Source: a bacterium (GTDB lineage Bacteria > Electryoneota > JAOADG01). Taken from it: a stretch of DNA of 64,000 nucleotides. The notes below the pieces were generated by a model that saw only the letters and a program-made list of their open reading frames with translations, ran no database searches and was not told the origin of the DNA. Where the stretch lies: positions 4,096,001-4,160,000 of the forward strand of contig OY820579.1 in assembly GCA_963681965.1 (NCBI GenBank), written 5' to 3'. The number at the start of each line of letters is the position of its first letter. Position 1 is the first letter of the stretch. Positions 58,151 through 64,000 of the stretch are shown here, piece after piece. Made by a program: the position numbers and the translations under genes.

Positions 58151-60280
58151 TTACTTTAACAGGATTATCTTCTGCGTTCTAACCGCTTCACTTGCTTTCA
58201 TCCGCACAAAATATGTCCCTGACGATAGGCTTTTACCGTCGAAATTGAGTTTGTAATTCCCGGCGCGCTGAAATCCCTGCGATAGCGTCGTCACTTCGCG
58301 CCCCTGCAGATCGAAGACTTTTAGATCGACGTTGCCTGATTGCGGCAGCGAATACGAGATCCTGGTCGAGGAGTTGAACGGATTCGGGTAAGCAGGGTGG
58401 AGCGAGAGTTGAATCGGCAGTGAAGGCGTTCGTTGCTCTTCAACGAATGTTTCTCCGCCGTCGGTTGTATGAAGGATGGTGCCTAAATAACCGATTATCC
58501 ACCCTTCACTAAGATTGATAAAATGTACTTTCCACAGCTCATCTGAAGTACCACTATAAGAACAATCCCAAGTCACACCACCGTTGCTGGTTCGCATTAT
58601 TACACCATAAACTCCCACTGCCCAGCCATGCATGGAATCTAAGAATTGAACGCTATTTAATGTGGGACCATAGCGCTGTACCTGCCAAGTTGACCACCCA
58701 TCGAAAGTTTGGATGAGCAGTCCGTAACCGACGATCCATCCGTGTATTGAGTCGGGACAAGAAATGCCGAACATTTGGTAATCTTCCGGAAAAGGAATTC
58801 TGTTCCAGGTACTTCCACCATTATTTGTAGTCAGCAAACAATTTCCGCCGATTGCATACCCATGCAGCGTATCGCGAAAATCAACTTGCCAGAGATCCAC
58901 ATTGGGAAGAGTAGTGTGGTTCTGTATTGTCCAATTGTTGCCACCGTCATTAGTGTGAATAATTGTGGTATTGTTACCTGAAATCCAGCCTTGATGTCGA
59001 TCGACGAAACAGATACTCCATAACCGGGAATTCAGTTGATAAGGGCTTTGAGTACTCCATGAAACACCTCCATCTGTACTACGACAAATATGATCACTTG
59101 GACTTACTGCCCACCCGTAAAGCGAATCGACGAAGGTTACTCCCCAATAACTATCGCTTGTATCAACGAGTTGCGATGTCCAAGTGACTCCGCCATTCGT
59201 AGTATGGAGAATTGCTCCGCGTAAATTGTCCTCAACCAACGGTCCAGTTGCCCAACCATTATTTCGATCGATAAAATGAATATCGGTTAACCAGCTATAA
59301 TAACCACGGTTTCGGTTAACCCACGTACTACCGTTGTCGGTTGATTGAGATATTAAGCCATGGCTGCCAACAACCCATAAGGTATTCGTTGCGGAGTAAT
59401 CGATGTTGCGACCGATATAATAATTCGGAATTGAATCGGTGACCCAGCTACTCCCTCCATTGGTTGTCCGTAAGATAAACGATGCCACAGACGTGGTACC
59501 AAGAAGGCAACATCGATTGGAATCCCGAATAGCGATCGTAACCTGATTATAGAATCGGTTCACTTGTTGACAACACCAGGTTTCACCCCCATCGGTAGTG
59601 TGATAAATGCTATCGGAAATTGCCCATCCGGATAATGGTGTAGAAAATCCAATTTTCCATACCGCATGGGTACAGGGAAGCTGTCGTAACGTCCAATTAT
59701 CGCCACCGTCGGAAGTGCGATACATCGCACCGGAACCGCTGGTAACCCATCCTACCGAATCGTTGATGAAATTCACATCGTACAAACCGGTAGTGATCGA
59801 ATGTGCCAGATTACTCCAATTCGCGCCACCGTCGCTGGTATGAAAAAACACGCCATGCGTTCCAACAACCCAACCATGCGATTGACCGACGAACGACATT
59901 GATCGCAAACTATCAATCACGGGCATGTTCATGGGAAGCCAATTTTCACCGCCATTGCTGGTTCGATATGCCAATCGGTAGGAGCTTAGCAACCATCCGG
60001 TTTGTGAATTTGCGAATGCGATCTGTTTGAAATTGGCAAAAGTAGGTAGATTTTCCACCGCCCAGAAATTGCCGCCATCGGTCGTGTGCAGGAGTGTGCC
60101 GTCATCACCGGCGATCCAGCCATTCAAAGAATCGGAAAAGCAGATTGAGTTCAAATTGGCAGAGGTCGGATATGGGTTCTGGAATTGCCAATGCTCGCAC
60201 CATGCCAACAGTGGCAAGCTCAATATGAATATGGCAACGAAAAACTTGAAAGACGAATTCATCCTTACTCCGATCTTCAC
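58151..60280 (-). CDS. YCF48/BNR-repeat beta-propeller protein with T9SS type-A CTD
   Basis: Signal peptide; many GW..G..G....T.DGG..W repeats; YPNPFNSSTRISYSLP...SSGTYFVRM...KIILLK. Confidence 0.92.
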   Translation of the reverse strand: MKIGVRMNSSFKFFVAIFILSLPLLAWCEHWQFQNPYPTSANLNSICFSDSLNGWIAGDDGTLLHTTDGGNFWAVENLPTFANFKQIAFANSQTGWLLSSYRLAYRTSNGGENWLPMNMPVIDSLRSMSFVGQSHGWVVGTHGVFFHTSDGGANWSNLAHSITTGLYDVNFINDSVGWVTSGSGAMYRTSDGGDNWTLRQLPCTHAVWKIGFSTPLSGWAISDSIYHTTDGGETWCCQQVNRFYNQVTIAIRDSNRCCLLGTTSVASFILRTTNGGSSWVTDSIPNYYIGRNIDYSATNTLWVVGSHGLISQSTDNGSTWVNRNRGYYSWLTDIHFIDRNNGWATGPLVEDNLRGAILHTTNGGVTWTSQLVDTSDSYWGVTFVDSLYGWAVSPSDHICRSTDGGVSWSTQSPYQLNSRLWSICFVDRHQGWISGNNTTIIHTNDGGNNWTIQNHTTLPNVDLWQVDFRDTLHGYAIGGNCLLTTNNGGSTWNRIPFPEDYQMFGISCPDSIHGWIVGYGLLIQTFDGWSTWQVQRYGPTLNSVQFLDSMHGWAVGVYGVIMRTSNGGVTWDCSYSGTSDELWKVHFINLSEGWIIGYLGTILHTTDGGETFVEEQRTPSLPIQLSLHPAYPNPFNSSTRISYSLPQSGNVDLKVFDLQGREVTTLSQGFQRAGNYKLNFDGKSLSSGTYFVRMKASEAVRTQKIILLK

Positions 60281-60292
60281 TGCTACTGTTGT

Positions 60293-62533
60293 TTACTTGA
60301 TGAGTTGCAGCTTTCTGACCTGATTTTGATTGCCTGCTTTCATTCGCACAAAATAGGTGCCGGACGAAATATTCCTGGCATCGAAATTGAGTTTGTAGTT
60401 ACCAGCACGTTGAAATCCCTGCGACAACGTCGTCACTTCGCGCCCCTGCAGATCGAAGACTTTAAGATCGATGTTCCCCGATTGCGGCAGCGAATACGAG
60501 ATCGTAGTTGAAGAGTTGAATGGATTGGGATAGCAAGGAAAGAGAGTAAATTTTTCGGGAACGAGTTTTCGTTCGGTTTCGGTGGGGTCAACCCAAGTCA
60601 CACCACCGTTAGTCGTACGCAGCAAAAAGCCATTCGGTCCCGATATCCATCCATGAGCGACATCGGAAAAGCTGATACTATTACTCAAACCAGTCATCAA
60701 CGGTTGATACGACCAAGTCGTTCCGCCATCGGAAGTGTGCATCAAAATGTTTTCGTAATTCATCGAAGAACTGTTTAACCACTGTTCAATCATCCATCCA
60801 TCCATTCGAGAGGTAAAGGTTAAATTGGATAACGTCCACCCCGGTCGACCCAAAAAAACGGATATTCTGAATTGGCGGTTCCAATGATAACCGCCATCGG
60901 TGGTATGAAATAGACTTAATGAATTAGGGTATTGAGTAATCGTATCGGAAATCACGCCGCTTGCCCAGCCGGTAAGTGAATCGAAGAAACAGATTTTTTG
61001 AATAGTGACGGTAGTATCGATAGTTTGTCGATTCCAAGTAACACCACCATCAGTCGTACGGCGCAAAGCCCTAAGAAATACCCATCCATGCAACGAATCG
61101 ACGAAGGATATCATTGATGGTGATGAGTACGGAACTAATAAGTGTGCTGTCCAATGAACGCCGCCATCGGTCGTACGGAGTAACGAATCACTTTTGAATA
61201 ACCAGCCGTGATTCGGATCTGTGAATGTTCCATAGTAAAAATTGTTTGTTGATTGATCGGAACAGCGAATGCTCCAATGTCTCCCCCCATCGGATGAATA
61301 TTGCGCAATTCCGTAATGCAGTCCATTACCGTTAGTACGGCCGAATTTCCAAAATTGATTGGTATCGCACTCGATAAATCCATATACAACTAAAGAATCT
61401 ATATTCGATGAATCGGGATTACTCCAACTGCGACCGGCATCATTGGTTGTCCAGAGCTTACCATCGTTGCTGGAATAGCCATGGTTGCGATCGATATATC
61501 TGGAATATCCGCGAATTGGGATGCGTGGGTTCAGTTCAGTCCAGGTCAAACCAACATTGGTTGAATGAGCAATATATCCGCAGGTGCCGACGCACCATCC
61601 TTGATTCAAACTGGTGAATGCAATACTACCCGGAGGATTGTACCCTTGACTAAAATTATCGACGACAACTCGCCACGTCGTTCCACCGTCACTCGTTACG
61701 ATCAGTGAACCGTCACAAACCGCCAGCAGTGCTTGTTGATTTAAAAAATCGGAATAGATAAAGTATGAATCTCTACCTCGATTGGTCTGTTGCTGGTATC
61801 GGAGTGACCAATTCCGACCCCCGTCAGAACTGTGATAGACTGCATTTTCAAAAATACCCCAAATATTGTTGGTATCAGGTGCAATAAAGTCAAGGATATT
61901 CCGATGTACCGCGCTAGATAGATTCACCCAAGTTCTGCCACCATTTGTCGTCTTGCGAAAATGGCTAGTGTCAAAACCCGGCTCCCAACTCCATCCAAGA
62001 TTTCGATTGAAAAATTTGATTGGGTCTTGTCCATAATGGGAGACTACTTCATTCCAGGTAATTCCTCCATCGGTTGATTGCTGAAGGTTATCGTCGGCGA
62101 TTATCCATCCGGTGGAATCATCGACAAATTGCAACCGATTGATGTTCGTCCTAGTTAAGTCGCCAAAAAATGTGTAGATGGCAGTCCAGTTAGCTCCTCC
62201 ATTAGTTGTGCGAATTAGCATACCGGAATCCCCGGATGCCCAACCGTGATTCAAATTGGTAAATGAGACCTGTCGCAGGTGCCCGGGATAGATTGTCAAC
62301 CATGAGTTTGGACAGTTTTGTCTACTCCAAGTACTTCCGCCATCGGTGGTGCGAAGGATTGTGCCAAAGTCTCCTACTGCCCAGCCATGAAGACTATCGA
62401 GAAAAGTTACAGCGTTGAGCGATTGACCGGTGAATGTCGGACTAATCCAGTTCCAGTTTTGCGCTACAGATATTTGAAATATTGCGAGTATCAGGAATAT
62501 GATTACTGCCGTTTTCATTTTTATCTCCTTCAC
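60293..62533 (-). CDS. YCF48/BNR-repeat beta-propeller protein with T9SS type-A CTD
   Basis: Same architecture, with TTDGG repeats and YPNPFNSSTTISYSLP...KLQLIK. Confidence 0.92.
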   Translation of the reverse strand: MKEIKMKTAVIIFLILAIFQISVAQNWNWISPTFTGQSLNAVTFLDSLHGWAVGDFGTILRTTDGGSTWSRQNCPNSWLTIYPGHLRQVSFTNLNHGWASGDSGMLIRTTNGGANWTAIYTFFGDLTRTNINRLQFVDDSTGWIIADDNLQQSTDGGITWNEVVSHYGQDPIKFFNRNLGWSWEPGFDTSHFRKTTNGGRTWVNLSSAVHRNILDFIAPDTNNIWGIFENAVYHSSDGGRNWSLRYQQQTNRGRDSYFIYSDFLNQQALLAVCDGSLIVTSDGGTTWRVVVDNFSQGYNPPGSIAFTSLNQGWCVGTCGYIAHSTNVGLTWTELNPRIPIRGYSRYIDRNHGYSSNDGKLWTTNDAGRSWSNPDSSNIDSLVVYGFIECDTNQFWKFGRTNGNGLHYGIAQYSSDGGRHWSIRCSDQSTNNFYYGTFTDPNHGWLFKSDSLLRTTDGGVHWTAHLLVPYSSPSMISFVDSLHGWVFLRALRRTTDGGVTWNRQTIDTTVTIQKICFFDSLTGWASGVISDTITQYPNSLSLFHTTDGGYHWNRQFRISVFLGRPGWTLSNLTFTSRMDGWMIEQWLNSSSMNYENILMHTSDGGTTWSYQPLMTGLSNSISFSDVAHGWISGPNGFLLRTTNGGVTWVDPTETERKLVPEKFTLFPCYPNPFNSSTTISYSLPQSGNIDLKVFDLQGREVTTLSQGFQRAGNYKLNFDARNISSGTYFVRMKAGNQNQVRKLQLIK

Positions 62534-62651
62534 AACGCTTCGATCGAATAGTAGTAACTCATTTTCTGTCGTGCGATCCCACTATTATTCGGAGTGGCAA
62601 CCTCACAATTCGTAGTCTGAATTGCTTCCAAATTCAGATTCAAAACATGGA

Positions 62652-63272
62652 TTACTTCAACAAAACGACCTTCTGTGTTCTTACCGATTCACCTGCTTTC
62701 ATCCGCACAAAATAAGTACCCGACGATAAATTCTTCCCCTCGAAATTGAGCTTGTAATTCCCGGCGCGCTGAAATCCTTGATAGAGGGAACGCACTTCGC
62801 GCCCCTGCAGATCGAATACCTTTAGATCGATGTTCCCCGATTTAGGCAGCGAATACGAGATCGTGGTCGAGGAGTTAAACGGATTCGGGTAGTTTGGGTG
62901 CATCGTGAAGGACTGCGGGATCGATCGTTGCGGTGGTTCTTCAATCCAAGTGGTGCCACCGGTGGAAGTGTGAAAAATTGTACCCGATGCACCACTTATC
63001 CAACCGAGATTTCTATTAAGAAATGCCAGACCCTGAAAATAACCGGTACCAATTTCTGACTGAGAACTCCAATTTTGGCCGCCATCGTCTGTACGCAAAA
63101 TTGTCTCGGCAAATCCAATGATCCATCCAGTTGAATCATTGACAAATTGAACATTTGTTAGACTGGTACTTGTCGGCAGCGGATTCTGCCACTCCCAGTT
63201 CTGCCCCAACGCAGAGTTCGACAACGATTCGAACAGAATGAAAATCGCGGAAATAAGGATTGAGGTTTTCAT
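62652..63272 (-). CDS. Short YCF48/BNR protein (two repeats) with T9SS type-A CTD
   Basis: Signal peptide, QNWEWQNPLP, two BNR units, then NYPNPFNSST CTD. Confidence 0.85.
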   Translation of the reverse strand: MKTSILISAIFILFESLSNSALGQNWEWQNPLPTSTSLTNVQFVNDSTGWIIGFAETILRTDDGGQNWSSQSEIGTGYFQGLAFLNRNLGWISGASGTIFHTSTGGTTWIEEPPQRSIPQSFTMHPNYPNPFNSSTTISYSLPKSGNIDLKVFDLQGREVRSLYQGFQRAGNYKLNFEGKNLSSGTYFVRMKAGESVRTQKVVLLK

Positions 63273-63491
63273 CGCAACTCCAACAAGTTTCTGGAAGATT
63301 CTTGGTAGTATAATGATAATACAATCAAAAATATCGCAATTCTAGAGGAATTCAGTGAATTTGAAAAAATCCACCGGTAGTGGTCGCTTGTCGTCCAACC
63401 ACAACCGCAACTCATCAATTCTTCAGAATTACCGAATTATTTCTGGAAAAATGCTTTTACTTTAGCGAAAACTTGCTTATTTTTTGCAGCC

Positions 63492-63965
63492 ATGTCCGAA
63501 CCAACCCCCACGAATTCGTGGCGCATCTTACCCTTGACCGAAGATTACCGCAAGACCGCCTTCTTTGCGATGGCAGTCGCTGTATGCTTACTGGCAGTAC
63601 AACTCGGCTTTCAGGAAAACTGGCTGACGGCGCTTGCGGCGCTGTTCCTGCTCGGATCGCTACGAATGTTTTGGTCCCCCACCTGGTATGAGATTACTCG
63701 GGAGGGTGTGGTCGTGCGCACAGCGTTCTATCGCGTGGTACACAAATGGGAGCGGTTCAAAGTGGTGAAAGACGATCCGCGCGGTCTAGTATTGACCCCG
63801 TTCCGCAGCAATTCGCGACTGGAGAGTTTCCGCGGTCTGTTTTTGCGGCTGCCGCTCAACCAACTTGAGCTGAAAGCCGATATCCGGCGACAGTGCGAAC
63901 ACTACCTCGGCATCGCGCCTAAACCGGAAGTCGAACCGTCGACAACCACGGAGCACCCGGTATGA
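63492..63965 (+). CDS. Small membrane protein with two TMs and a PH-like C-terminal domain
   Basis: Two hydrophobic helices, then PTWYEITREGVVVR...HKWERF...LESFRGLFL. Confidence 0.65.
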   Translation: MSEPTPTNSWRILPLTEDYRKTAFFAMAVAVCLLAVQLGFQENWLTALAALFLLGSLRMFWSPTWYEITREGVVVRTAFYRVVHKWERFKVVKDDPRGLVLTPFRSNSRLESFRGLFLRLPLNQLELKADIRRQCEHYLGIAPKPEVEPSTTTEHPV

Positions 63966-64000
63966 ATTGGTTCGGCAATTATCAGACCACCGATACCGGT
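63962..64000 (+). CDS. Start of the next ORF, truncated by the window edge
   Basis: ATGA overlap with the previous stop; reads MNWFGNYQTTDTG and is open to the end of the window. Confidence 0.35.
   Translation, partial: MNWFGNYQTTDTG

Noticed and set aside
58151-62533. Photosystem II assembly factor Ycf48 or sialidase function
   Set aside because: Only the generic BNR propeller repeat is shared; there is no photosynthesis context and no sialidase catalytic motif that I can identify.

Overview
Chromosomal window from an anaerobic or facultative diderm bacterium, probably an FCB-group candidate lineage. That placement is inferred from several secreted proteins with T9SS type-A C-terminal domains (YPNPFNSST...), and I cannot narrow the taxon further. 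I see no rRNA, tRNA, CRISPR array, transposase or prophage. Housekeeping genes include ychF-like, an RluA-family gene, xerC-hpf-hprK-EIIA-like, dxs-ispH-lipA, a class V aminotransferase with serA, and yidD. Two large metabolic loci stand out. (1) At 26.1-36.2 kb (minus strand), a 2-oxoacid:ferredoxin oxidoreductase operon is translationally coupled to a HydABC/NuoEFG-like (Bfu-type) flavin/Fe-S module that has no catalytic subunit. It is interrupted by cargo genes, including a RelE/ParE toxin-antitoxin pair and an Mrr nuclease. (2) At 45.5-56.6 kb (plus strand), a ten-gene catabolic cluster encodes a GNAT-like protein, a thiolase-fold protein whose catalytic Cys is replaced by Pro, DUF35, DUF2877, FdrA, DUF1116, a cyclase-family hydrolase and a three-subunit xanthine-dehydrogenase-family molybdoenzyme. 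This second cluster is my best candidate for an undescribed system, probably anaerobic N-heterocycle or acyl-urea catabolism. Other notable items are a ~100-bp nested-palindrome mobile-like element and several GTAG-REP families in the intergenic regions, a C-terminal domain shared by two unrelated secreted proteins, a kinase-less propeller/Y_Y_Y sensor, an AT-rich membrane protein plus hydrolase pair, and a tandem array of BNR/YCF48 proteins. All calls come from reading motifs by eye; no database searches were run.
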